42,468 nt of DNA from Patescibacteria group bacterium. GTDB lineage: Bacteria; Patescibacteriota; Microgenomatia; UBA8517. The stretch's first letter is position 1; every line of letters starts with the position of its first letter. A program made the position numbers and the translations under genes. The notes under the pieces are model-generated. The model was not told the DNA's origin. It saw only the letters and a list, made by a program, of their open reading frames with translations, and did no database searches. Shown one piece after another: positions 14,766-24,095 of the stretch. Location of the stretch: contig JAOAEL010000002.1 of NCBI GenBank assembly GCA_026416845.1, positions 1-42,468 of the forward strand, in the 5' to 3' direction.

Positions 14766-17624
14766 ATGGAAACAAAAATACCAATTGCAGATCGAATAAC
14801 ATACGAAGCATGGGGGACAGAAGCTAATCCTCACAGTCCTTTATGGGGTATTGAAATTTTAAAGAAAAAAGGCGAAGGAATGTCTGGATTAATAATAAAA
14901 CCCGAAGAATTAAGCAAATTAAAAAATTTAGAAAGAAATTCAACACTTGAAACTTTAGCTACTCGATGGGCAACCGAATCGGTTAATCAACCATTAGATG
15001 GAAAAAAATGGGCATCATACGCCACTTCAGGAAGTGAAACAAACGGAAAGGAATTTTTGCAACTTTTGGCTTTAACAAAAGAACTTCATAAATACCACCC
15101 AAACGATACAGCAGGCATATATTTCATAGATACGGCAAGTCACAGCATGAGACCTCAATTTGAAACTGAAATAATGATGTATGCTGCTACAACAGGACTC
15201 TCTGCAGAAGAAATAAGAGAAGCATACTTCAGTTTATTTAAAGTTGACCTTAAATATATTGATAATTTTGCCAATAGAATTTCAACATCTGAAGAGCAAA
15301 GACAAAGAATCAATTTAAAATGGGCAGAAAGAGCCATACAACTTGATGTACCCGCAGATGCCATATTACTTCCTGAAAAAGAGAAATATATAGAATTCTG
15401 CCGAAAAGTGGGGATTTCAGAAGAAATAACCACTGCAATAGAAAAAGCTTTCGAATTTATAAAATCTAGAGATGATATCCCTAAAAGCTTAGGATCATTA
15501 AGATGTGCAATATTTACAGAAGTTTCTAACCTTATTATCAAAAAACTAGGCTTTCAATACCCGATCATAGCAGTACCATTTGATGAAGCTGCTATAAAAA
15601 CAGGATGGGGACAACTAACTATGAAAGAAATTAGAAGATTTTCTGCAGAAACATTTATTGATAGAGTTGCATACTATAATGTCTTGGAACCAGAAACAGG
15701 AATAGAAACGCCATTATACAACACTGACGAGGAAAATGAAAAAAAGAGGAAAGCGGATCGCAACCAAGAAACCAAAAATTCAATCCAATCATCTCTATCA
15801 AACTCACGCTATGATCATCTGACTTATGAAGCAATTATGAAACATGGCCATTTTAGCGGAATGGGATACTATCACTTTCTTCTAACAAACAGCATAGGGT
15901 CAATGGCTTTTGTGCTTGATAATTACGAAGCAGGAGGTCCACATGCACGCATAATAAGAGCAGCAATAGAAGGCAGATTTCAAAGCAAGGTTATTATGGT
16001 CGGTTATCCTCGCGGTTGGGTTAGGATTGCATCTTTTGTGGGAGATGAAAACTCTACATATGGAGCATCACCCCCAATTGAACTTTTAGCATCTGAAATT
16101 TTCAAAGACCCAAACGGCATTGGCAAAATAACTCAATACATAACTTTACTAAATCAAGGCATCGGGGATAATATGACAATTGCACTTGATACATTGGCAG
16201 AAGGTAGCCAATTATATATAATTCCAGACAACAGAAGATTTGCTACAAGCAAAATAAATACTCCGTTCTTGTTTGAAACTGATTTTGAAAAAGCGCTAGA
16301 AATATTAAACGTACTAAACGAATTCACAAAAACACCCAATTTACAAACATATTTACAAATTGCACAACTCGGTCTAGCAGAAATTGACTCAGAAATTGAA
16401 AAACTTGCGACTTTAAACAAAGAGTTGGCAGAAATAACCACCTGCTTAGAGGAGAAAAGCCAAGAATTTTTAGATAGATACAAAGTTCAAATTACAAGAT
16501 ATTTCACAAATAGACAAATTGCTATATCAAGAGCACTAAATCTAATGGGTAAATCATTCTTAGATGATGAAAATGGCCAAAGAACATTGCCCGTTGTGAT
16601 AGAAACACCCCAAGAAATACAAGAACATCAAACACAAAAAAATGCAAAGCAAGCTCAAATAATTTCAGATTGGATGTATTTGAAAGCTAGAAAAATAGTT
16701 GAATCCTCCAGCAACAGACAAAATATAAATGAAAAATCACCCTTATACTTAACATATCAGTCTGTGACCAAACTGATAGAAATTATTTCAACATTTCAAA
16801 AAGCAGAATCTGCAAAAAAATGTGCAAATTCTTTGATAAAAGCATGGGAAAACAATCACAGCAAACTAGCTGAAGCGATCAATTGTTTAAACAGTGACCA
16901 AAATACACAAGATCAAGCAGTAAATAGTTTCATTGCAATGTTCAAAGAATTGATTGCACAAGGACATACATTAGATTTGCACAACATTTTAAGTGACCCA
17001 GCAACTCTACTTCAAATCTTGCAATCTACAACTGAATTCATCAACACAACCAAGAAAAAATTAATAATTGAATATGGACTAGTTGAAGAAAAAGGCGAAA
17101 TCAAGAAAGGCGAGTTGGAGAAAACATTAAAATTGGCATCTGAAATTCGCAGAACAATTGATGCATTCTGCTCCACAAATTACGAAAGTGAACTAGCTGA
17201 TAAAATATCAGCTATTGGCCAAAATTGCACAATATCTAATTTACATGAACTCTGTTTAAGCTTCTGCATGGAAAAAGCCTCAGAAATCTCATCCATAGTA
17301 CGTGGCAAAACCGGAGACGAAAACAAACCAAGATTTGCAAATTCAAGAAATGCTTTGGATTACGCAGAAAGATTTGCACAAACTTATCAAAGAATCCAAA
17401 ACTTTAAATCTACAGTAAGGAGAATCTGGACTGAACTCAACACAAACGATAATTCACTAGAAGAATACCTAAATGCCTATCGCCAACACTTAGAAGAATT
17501 AGATCCTCTTATAGCAAAACGTAACGAAACTCAATCTAGCATAGCTAAACTTAAAGAAGAAGCTGAAAAAATAATAATGAAAACAAGAGAAAAACTCGCC
17601 AAAACTGTTATAATCATAAAATAA
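14766..17624 (+). CDS. Large hypothetical protein (952 aa): N-terminal alpha/beta region, C-terminal helical/coiled-coil region
   Basis: Long ORF; ATG 14766 preferred over TTG 14754, which lies in the terminator T tract; no TM segment and no family recognised. Confidence 0.85.
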   Translation: METKIPIADRITYEAWGTEANPHSPLWGIEILKKKGEGMSGLIIKPEELSKLKNLERNSTLETLATRWATESVNQPLDGKKWASYATSGSETNGKEFLQLLALTKELHKYHPNDTAGIYFIDTASHSMRPQFETEIMMYAATTGLSAEEIREAYFSLFKVDLKYIDNFANRISTSEEQRQRINLKWAERAIQLDVPADAILLPEKEKYIEFCRKVGISEEITTAIEKAFEFIKSRDDIPKSLGSLRCAIFTEVSNLIIKKLGFQYPIIAVPFDEAAIKTGWGQLTMKEIRRFSAETFIDRVAYYNVLEPETGIETPLYNTDEENEKKRKADRNQETKNSIQSSLSNSRYDHLTYEAIMKHGHFSGMGYYHFLLTNSIGSMAFVLDNYEAGGPHARIIRAAIEGRFQSKVIMVGYPRGWVRIASFVGDENSTYGASPPIELLASEIFKDPNGIGKITQYITLLNQGIGDNMTIALDTLAEGSQLYIIPDNRRFATSKINTPFLFETDFEKALEILNVLNEFTKTPNLQTYLQIAQLGLAEIDSEIEKLATLNKELAEITTCLEEKSQEFLDRYKVQITRYFTNRQIAISRALNLMGKSFLDDENGQRTLPVVIETPQEIQEHQTQKNAKQAQIISDWMYLKARKIVESSSNRQNINEKSPLYLTYQSVTKLIEIISTFQKAESAKKCANSLIKAWENNHSKLAEAINCLNSDQNTQDQAVNSFIAMFKELIAQGHTLDLHNILSDPATLLQILQSTTEFINTTKKKLIIEYGLVEEKGEIKKGELEKTLKLASEIRRTIDAFCSTNYESELADKISAIGQNCTISNLHELCLSFCMEKASEISSIVRGKTGDENKPRFANSRNALDYAERFAQTYQRIQNFKSTVRRIWTELNTNDNSLEEYLNAYRQHLEELDPLIAKRNETQSSIAKLKEEAEKIIMKTREKLAKTVIIIK

Positions 17625-17625
17625 A

Positions 17626-18621
17626 ATGAACTACAACTTACTCAAAAAACTCTGTTTTGCACATGCTGTTACAGGAGATACTGACGAAATAAAAACAGTG
17701 CTCATAGAAGAACTCAAATCAAGGGGGATAGCTTTTTATAAAAACGGCTATGGCACGATTATTTTTGGAAACACAAAAAATCCACAAAAACTTATTGCCA
17801 GTCATATAGACGAAGTGGGATTTCAAATCACAAAAATTGAAGAAAACGGAAAAGTGAGAATTTTACCGGTGGGTTGGATATTCGCCAATAGACTCGACCA
17901 TGCGATTGTGTATGCACAAACGCAAAAAGGAAAAGTAACTGGAGTAATCTTGCATGAAGATGAACTGAAAACAGAAAATCTGACAAGTTTCAATTCCCTA
18001 TATCTTGATGTGGGCGTTGACACAAAAGACGAAGTCCAGAAATTAGGAATACAAGAGGGGCAAACCGGAAGTTACAAAAAAGAATTCATAGAAACCGAAC
18101 AAAATATTATAGCTTCAAGTTTGGATAACAAAGTCTCTCAATTTGCTGTATTTGAAATATTAGACCAAAATCCGGAATTCCTGGAGGAAAATATGTTTGC
18201 TTTTATCACTGATGAAGAAATGCAAGATCAAAGCGCAAATGGTATATGCGATTCATATAAGCCCGATCTTGCCATCGTGCTTGACTACTGTCCAATCCAT
18301 CAAAAAGTGGGAAATGCTGAAAGTTTGGGTGAAAGTGGCAAAGGACCGCTTGTGATGTATCGTGGAGGAGCGCACATAATACATGAAGATATAAGAAATT
18401 TTTTTGAAACAAAAATTAATCTGCCTTTTCAAAAAGGATTTTTATCCGCTGATACAGTTCATCAACTAGAACCTTTTAACTTCCAAAATAATGGACATAC
18501 AAAAGCCGTAAACGTATGCGTTCCGGCATTTGGATATCATGGCGCAGGGTACAGTTTAAGGAAAAAAGATATTTACGATTTTTGTAAGTTTCTGAAAGAA
18601 GTTATAAATCAAAAATTCTAA
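17626..18621 (+). CDS. M42 family aminopeptidase
   Basis: ASHIDEVG, SLDNK, TDEE, C-terminal GYH; starts 1 nt after the upstream stop. Confidence 0.85.
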   Translation: MNYNLLKKLCFAHAVTGDTDEIKTVLIEELKSRGIAFYKNGYGTIIFGNTKNPQKLIASHIDEVGFQITKIEENGKVRILPVGWIFANRLDHAIVYAQTQKGKVTGVILHEDELKTENLTSFNSLYLDVGVDTKDEVQKLGIQEGQTGSYKKEFIETEQNIIASSLDNKVSQFAVFEILDQNPEFLEENMFAFITDEEMQDQSANGICDSYKPDLAIVLDYCPIHQKVGNAESLGESGKGPLVMYRGGAHIIHEDIRNFFETKINLPFQKGFLSADTVHQLEPFNFQNNGHTKAVNVCVPAFGYHGAGYSLRKKDIYDFCKFLKEVINQKF

Positions 18622-18781
18622 GCTTTCTTTTGCTTTGGACACCAAATTGATTTGGCCTAAGTATTACAAAAATGATTCACAAATTTGTTGCTTTTAAGAT
18701 GTAGATAGAAACAATCTTTAATCAAATTAAAAATAACTTCTAAACCAATCAAAATAAAACATTTTTTAGTTAAATATTCTT

Positions 18782-19567
18782 ATGTCAGAAAGGAAAATAT
18801 GTAATTTGTGCCCTTTGGAGAAAAGGTGCTCAAAAACGCTGGAAATAAATAGATTAGAAATCTCAAAATTCTTGGACGCTTTCGAGAATGCTTATCCTAA
18901 TCAACTTGAAATTGCAAGCTTGGAAAACAACCGAATATTAACATATACTACCTCGTCATCTGACAAGATAAATAGAAGAAAGAGAATAGAAAAATGGCTT
19001 TTAAATGGAAATTTTACAAATGATGGTTTTGCATATTATCTAGAATTTCTCTTGGCTCAATTAATAAAACAAATATTAAAAGAAAAAAACTTCCACGATA
19101 TACAAGTTGAATTAACTCCAACAGAGCTTGATTGTGTACACAAAGGAAATGGCAATGGCGGAGATGTGATTGTCATACAAGGAAAATATCCATTGGTTAT
19201 TATAGATATAACTATTGGAAGTCTTTCAAAAAAACAAAATCTTGGCATACATTACCCAACTGGATCCCCAGTCATTCAATTCTCAATTAAACAAAATATT
19301 GAAGATGAAATTTGTTATAGAACAGCTCCAGAATTGATAAACAATTTTTCTATACAATCTATAAACCAAGGTTTATATCTTCTAAATGGAGGAGCATTTT
19401 ACCTGCCAAACAAACATTTAAAGTTACTCAAGCGTTTATTTAAAGAACCTATTCTCACAGCAGCAGAGAAAACATTACAAAAAATACAAACTATCAGTCC
19501 CAAATCTGCAACATGTCAAGCAATAATAAGAAGTCATAGCTTACTAACTTTGATTTTTGAATCCTGA
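18782..19567 (+). CDS. Hypothetical protein, possible PD-(D/E)XK nuclease fold
   Basis: Helix with E (YLEFLLAQ), GGDVIV, IIDIT; N-terminal CxxC...C. Confidence 0.4.
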   Translation: MSERKICNLCPLEKRCSKTLEINRLEISKFLDAFENAYPNQLEIASLENNRILTYTTSSSDKINRRKRIEKWLLNGNFTNDGFAYYLEFLLAQLIKQILKEKNFHDIQVELTPTELDCVHKGNGNGGDVIVIQGKYPLVIIDITIGSLSKKQNLGIHYPTGSPVIQFSIKQNIEDEICYRTAPELINNFSIQSINQGLYLLNGGAFYLPNKHLKLLKRLFKEPILTAAEKTLQKIQTISPKSATCQAIIRSHSLLTLIFES

Positions 19568-19644
19568 ACTAAAAAATAAAGTACAAGTTTAAAAAGCTTT
19601 CTAAAAAAATCAAATAAGAAACTTTTAATGTAAAAATGAAATTT

Positions 19645-19971
19645 TTAGTCTCTTTCTGCAATTGGTATAACTTCATTCGGTGGTATTTCTGAACTGTAGT
19701 CATATGGACCAATAAAAAGAGTGACTACCACTTTTTCTGATAAAATGTCACTACCTGCTTTTTCAGGTAATAGCCAATAAAATTCAGCACCATAGTACTT
19801 GTTAGTATCTGGGCGATAAAAACACACATACTCACGCGCTAATGCTGGCTTTTCTTCACTACCAACATTAACTGGAGTACTATATGGCTTAAATACAGCA
19901 ACAACTTTACGACTAATTATCTGTTTATCCATCAAATTGTCAGGAGCAAATTGGTATTTAATTTCTACCAT
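19645..19971 (-). CDS. Hypothetical protein (108 aa)
   Basis: Clean ORF with its own promoter; no family recognised. Confidence 0.65.
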   Translation of the reverse strand: MVEIKYQFAPDNLMDKQIISRKVVAVFKPYSTPVNVGSEEKPALAREYVCFYRPDTNKYYGAEFYWLLPEKAGSDILSEKVVVTLFIGPYDYSSEIPPNEVIPIAERD

Positions 19972-20008
19972 AGAATTAAACTTTTTTATAATTTCTAATT
20001 TTAGTAGG

Positions 20009-20036
20009 ATTGTAAACTATAAGTTGTATTTGTCAA
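20009..20036 (-). promoter_or_regulatory. Sigma70-type promoter for 19971-19645
   Basis: Minus strand TTGACA-N16-TACAAT. Confidence 0.55.
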
Positions 20037-20391
20037 GCATTTATTTTCCAATTTCACACATCCAGCCATGCTTCCAAATTAACAACTTATAATCTATACT
20101 TAACAACATACAAAAAAACATACAAAAATTATCAATAATATTGGCACAACCAAAGTAAATAAAGTCAACAAAAACCAAAAATTTACAAATTGCTTTAAAT
20201 CACGATATTTCTGAACTAATCTTGGAATTTTACAAATCAAAGATTAATAAACAAAAAATCACAATTGTCAAACCACCATAAAGTCGCTCAAAAGTTGTGG
20301 CTTTTTTGTACTCGCTACTAGTTCACTAGTTCAAAAGAATTGTTATCAGAATAAAAGACGAAATATATAACTTTCAAAATTTGCAAATCTG

Positions 20392-20462
20392 TGGACTTGA
20401 GGAGAATCGAACTCCTGTTCCGTGACTGCCAGCCACGTGTCCTACCATTGAACGACAAGCCC
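20392..20462 (-). tRNA. tRNA-Ala (GGC)
   Basis: Acceptor GGGCTTG/CAAGTCC with G3:U70 Ala identity pair; anticodon arm CGTGG-ctGGCag-TCACG; GAGTTCGATTCTC T-arm. Confidence 0.93.
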
Positions 20463-20610
20463 AAAATAAGAAAATTACACTAGATAAATTTGACTTTTGA
20501 CTATAAACCAAAATTTTAATAACAATAACAAAAATCTTGCTAAAATAAAAAATAATCAGCCTAAAAACCTTTAGCAATTCCAGAACAATTTAACTATAAT
20601 CATATCAAAC

Positions 20611-22983
20611 ATGCAAAAATTTATAAACTGGGCTTGCAATTTTTCGATATTAATAACGCTATTTATAACTGGAGCATGCGTATTAATCATAGAAGTTGTG
20701 GCTGTTAGATTATTATCTCCATACTTTGGAAACACTATATATTCTTATTCAAGCATATTAAGCGTTATTCTGGCGGCGATTTCTATTGGTTATTATTACG
20801 GAGGCAAAATAGCAGATAAAACAAAAGATGAATCATTGTTTTATAAAATAATAACAGCATCAGGAGTTGCAACAGGCTCGCTTTTTCTAGTTTCGTTTTT
20901 CATCCTAGATAAAATAGCCAATAACTTCTCGATCACAACAGGCCCATTGATTTCCTCTATAATTCTTTTTTCAATTCCAGCGTTTCTGCTGGGACTTTTG
21001 TCTCCATTTGGCGTTACTTTGGAAAATCACAAAAAGAAACACACCGGCGTAGGAACAACCTCTGGAAAAGTATTTTTTGTTTCTACTTTGGGAAGCATAT
21101 CCGGAAGTCTTCTGGCCGGATATTTTCTGATACCATTTTTTGGTGTTTCGAATATATTTGTAGGAGTTTCTCTGGCGCTAATTTTAATTGGCACAATTGG
21201 CAACTTAATAGTAAAAAAAAACACAATTAAAACCAAAAACATAGTTTTTGGGATATTTTTCTTTAGCACTCTTCTTGCATGCTCAACCCTCCAGGAAGAA
21301 AATTTTGTTTACTCCAAAGATGGCATTTATGAAAAAATAAAAATCATAGATTCAATCAATCATGAAAAAAGACCAGTAAGATACATGATTCAAGATAGAT
21401 CGTGGTCAAGCGGAATTTATTTAGACACAAAAGAATTGCTTTTTGAGTACACAAAATTTTACGATATAAATAAAATCATAGGACTAACACCTAAAAATGC
21501 TTTGGTAATAGGATCAGGAGCATATTCAATACCAAAAGCAATTCTGGCAGAATACCCAAATATAGAATACATAGACACTGTAGACATAGAACCAATATTA
21601 GAAGATATCGCGATAAAATACTTTGATTTCAAACCTAATTCCAAAATAAGAAGCCACACAAAAGACGGTCGAGTGTTTGTAAAAAATTCAGAAAACAAAT
21701 ACGATTACATTTTTATAGATGTTTATCAGACTTTTTATTCCATCCCAGCGCATTTCACCACCAAAGAATTTTTTCATGAAATCAAAAGAAAATTAAACAA
21801 CAATGGGATTGTGATAATGAATATAATTGCTTCAATTGATGAAAGTGAAGGAGACAAACTTCCAAAAGGGATATTAAAAACCTTTGCAAGCGAATTTGAA
21901 AACTCGCATCTTTTTTTTGTTGAAGGCAAGAACATAAAAACAGTGCAAAATCTTATAGTAATTGGCATTAACTCGCCAAAAGAAATAGACATAAAAGCGC
22001 CAATGCGATTTGTAAATAATCTTGAAGAAAAACACATTCCAATTGCAAAGCTTGAATTGTCAAACTATCAAATATTTACAGACAATCATGCTCCAATAGA
22101 ATATTTAAGCGTTAAGATGTACGAAAAAACAATGAAACAATTTAAATTTAATCAAAAAAATCAAGAATCAATTTTATTAAAGCAAATTAGTGATCAAGTC
22201 GCGTTTGGACCAAGATACGTAGGTTCTGAAGGACAATCAAAAATACACCAATACTTGATAAATAATCTTCGTGAAAAAGAAGTAAAAATTATTGAACAAG
22301 ATTTTGTTTTTACCGGCAAAAATCAAGATTACAAAGGGAAAAATATCATTGCTCAAATAAATCCTCAAAACGAAAGGAGAATTTTAATAGGCAGTCACTT
22401 TGACACGCTTAAAATATCAAAAGATACAGGCAAACCAATGATTGGAGCAAATAATGGAGCAAGTGGGACAGCGGTCTTGCTGGCAATTGTTGAAGAATTA
22501 AAAAACAAAGAAAACAAACTGCCAATTGGAGTAGACATAGTATTTTTTGACGCGGAAGAAGGAGATCCTGACATACCACCATGGGAAAATGGTTGGATGC
22601 CCAAAGGATCAAAACACTTTGCGGCTAACGTAAACACAATTTATCCCCAAAAACATCCTGAGCATGCAATAATTATAGATGTGGTATGTGGCAAAAACCC
22701 AAAGTATTTTTATGAAATCAATTCCGCAAAAAATGCAAACGCCCAAATGAAAAAATTCTGGCAAATAGGGAAAGCAAAAATGCCTAGTTCGTTTATTCAA
22801 ACTGAAAAATATGCTGTTATAGATGATCACACTGCATTAATAGAAATCAAAATACCAACATTTTTAGTAATAGATATGGATTACAAATATCTTCATAGCT
22901 CAAATGACACCATTGAAAAATGCGATGGAAAAAGTCTTGCGAACATGAAAGATATATTAATAGAGTATATTTACTCTATTTGA
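20611..22983 (+). CDS. Fused membrane domain + spermidine-synthase-like domain + C-terminal M28 peptidase/glutaminyl-cyclase-like domain
   Basis: TM region (IIEVVAVRLLSPYFGNTIY; GSISGSLLAGYFLIP); ALVIGSGAYS, VDIEP, DGRVF, YDYIFIDVY; then ILIGSHFDT, GANNGASG, FFDAEE, DDH, LHSSNDT. Confidence 0.85.
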   Translation: MQKFINWACNFSILITLFITGACVLIIEVVAVRLLSPYFGNTIYSYSSILSVILAAISIGYYYGGKIADKTKDESLFYKIITASGVATGSLFLVSFFILDKIANNFSITTGPLISSIILFSIPAFLLGLLSPFGVTLENHKKKHTGVGTTSGKVFFVSTLGSISGSLLAGYFLIPFFGVSNIFVGVSLALILIGTIGNLIVKKNTIKTKNIVFGIFFFSTLLACSTLQEENFVYSKDGIYEKIKIIDSINHEKRPVRYMIQDRSWSSGIYLDTKELLFEYTKFYDINKIIGLTPKNALVIGSGAYSIPKAILAEYPNIEYIDTVDIEPILEDIAIKYFDFKPNSKIRSHTKDGRVFVKNSENKYDYIFIDVYQTFYSIPAHFTTKEFFHEIKRKLNNNGIVIMNIIASIDESEGDKLPKGILKTFASEFENSHLFFVEGKNIKTVQNLIVIGINSPKEIDIKAPMRFVNNLEEKHIPIAKLELSNYQIFTDNHAPIEYLSVKMYEKTMKQFKFNQKNQESILLKQISDQVAFGPRYVGSEGQSKIHQYLINNLREKEVKIIEQDFVFTGKNQDYKGKNIIAQINPQNERRILIGSHFDTLKISKDTGKPMIGANNGASGTAVLLAIVEELKNKENKLPIGVDIVFFDAEEGDPDIPPWENGWMPKGSKHFAANVNTIYPQKHPEHAIIIDVVCGKNPKYFYEINSAKNANAQMKKFWQIGKAKMPSSFIQTEKYAVIDDHTALIEIKIPTFLVIDMDYKYLHSSNDTIEKCDGKSLANMKDILIEYIYSI

Positions 22984-23004
22984 TATAATTCAAATATCTA
23001 AAAT

Positions 23005-23077
23005 GGACGGTTAGCTCAGTTGGTAGAGCATTCCCTTGACGTGGGAAGGGTCACAGGTTCGAGTCCTGTATCGTCCA
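23005..23077 (+). tRNA. tRNA-Val (GAC)
   Basis: GGACGGT/ATCGTCC acceptor, TAGCTCAGTTGGTAGAGC D-arm, TTCCC-ttGACgt-GGGAA anticodon arm, GGTTCGAGTCC. Confidence 0.95.
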
Positions 23078-23125
23078 CAATACAAAAATTTTTTTTAGGA
23101 TACCTGCAATTTCGTTGCCTAAAAA

Positions 23126-23584
23126 TTAATCTTGCTTTAATCCTATCAACTCAGGGGTTGGCACCAAATTATCATCTTCCAACAACTGTTTTACAAACTT
23201 TTGATATTTGGCAAGATAAAGCTTCAAAGATGGGACTAATTGAATAGTAAACAACTGATCAAAACTAAAGAATTTTATCTCTTGTCCTTCATCCCCAGTG
23301 TGCGCAAAATTTTTGGCTTCTTCCCCGCTTACACGCGAGAAAAAAACATTGACCACACTCAAATCCAAAAAATCAATATGATACCCAAGATAAATTAAAC
23401 TTTTAGGAACATAACTTACCTCTTCCCGCAATTCCCTTACAATAGTTTGGTGCGGAGATTCTCCATTTTCCGTACATCCTCCCGGCAAGGACCAAAAATT
23501 CGGATTTGGTATTGTCGGGATATTATCTCTTAAAAAAAGAAGAACTTTTTTACCTGAAAAAATTATAGCTACGCTTCCTTTCAT
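23126..23584 (-). CDS. NUDIX hydrolase
   Basis: WSLPGG and Nudix box GGCTENGESPHQTIVRELREEVS; ATG at 23584 preferred over the track start at 23644. Confidence 0.88.
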   Translation of the reverse strand: MKGSVAIIFSGKKVLLFLRDNIPTIPNPNFWSLPGGCTENGESPHQTIVRELREEVSYVPKSLIYLGYHIDFLDLSVVNVFFSRVSGEEAKNFAHTGDEGQEIKFFSFDQLFTIQLVPSLKLYLAKYQKFVKQLLEDDNLVPTPELIGLKQD

Positions 23585-23616
23585 AGTCGTTAAGCATATA
23601 TAATAAATTGCAAAAC

Positions 23617-23841
23617 ATGAAACCTTCAAACACCAAAAAATCAACTTTCAAGTTAATCAAAGAAGGATTTTTTGCCGGAATAGGCTGGGCAATGGGTGTA
23701 ACGGTTGGCTTTGCCATCGTGTCCACAATCATTGTTTACTCGCTTCAGCTTGCAGGTGGTATTCCTTTCGTTGGCAAATTCTTTGCGCGCATAGTGGAAT
23801 CCACTATCATAAATCTTGAGCATAGATCCATAAATAAATAG
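23617..23841 (+). CDS. Small membrane protein (DUF5665-like)
   Basis: GFFAGIGWAMGVTVGFAIV Gly-rich TM followed by GGIPFVG. Confidence 0.6.
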   Translation: MKPSNTKKSTFKLIKEGFFAGIGWAMGVTVGFAIVSTIIVYSLQLAGGIPFVGKFFARIVESTIINLEHRSINK

Positions 23842-23934
23842 ATCAAAATACAAGCTTTCTAAAAAAAACAAAATAAATAATATAAAATTTTCTATCAAAA
23901 ACTAATAAAATCAGAGATAAAAAAACATTGCTAC

Positions 23935-23963
23935 TTGAGCTTAATATGCTCAAAAAATATAAT
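23935..23963 (+). promoter_or_regulatory. thrS promoter with overlapping inverted repeat
   Basis: TTGAGC-N17-TATAAT; the same TTGAGC pairs with GCTCAA (23948-53) across 7 nt. Confidence 0.5.
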
Positions 23964-24095
23964 TAAAATGTCCTTAACACTTTTCAACTGTCATCTGTGG
24001 GTCGAAAAATTAATGAAAGTCGGTAAAAATAAATTGAAAGTTATATTACACCAAAATACTTATTTTTATAAAACTTAAAAGCATCTTTTCTATTA

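Noticed and set aside
18642-18655. CCAAAT-tg-ATTTGG palindrome after the M42 gene
   Set aside because: Short and AT-rich, 2-nt loop, no T tract, and no second copy noticed
23964-24095. T-box riboswitch upstream of thrS (also pheS and tyrS)
   Set aside because: No TGGNACC T-box motif or terminator hairpin; the leaders are too short or unstructured
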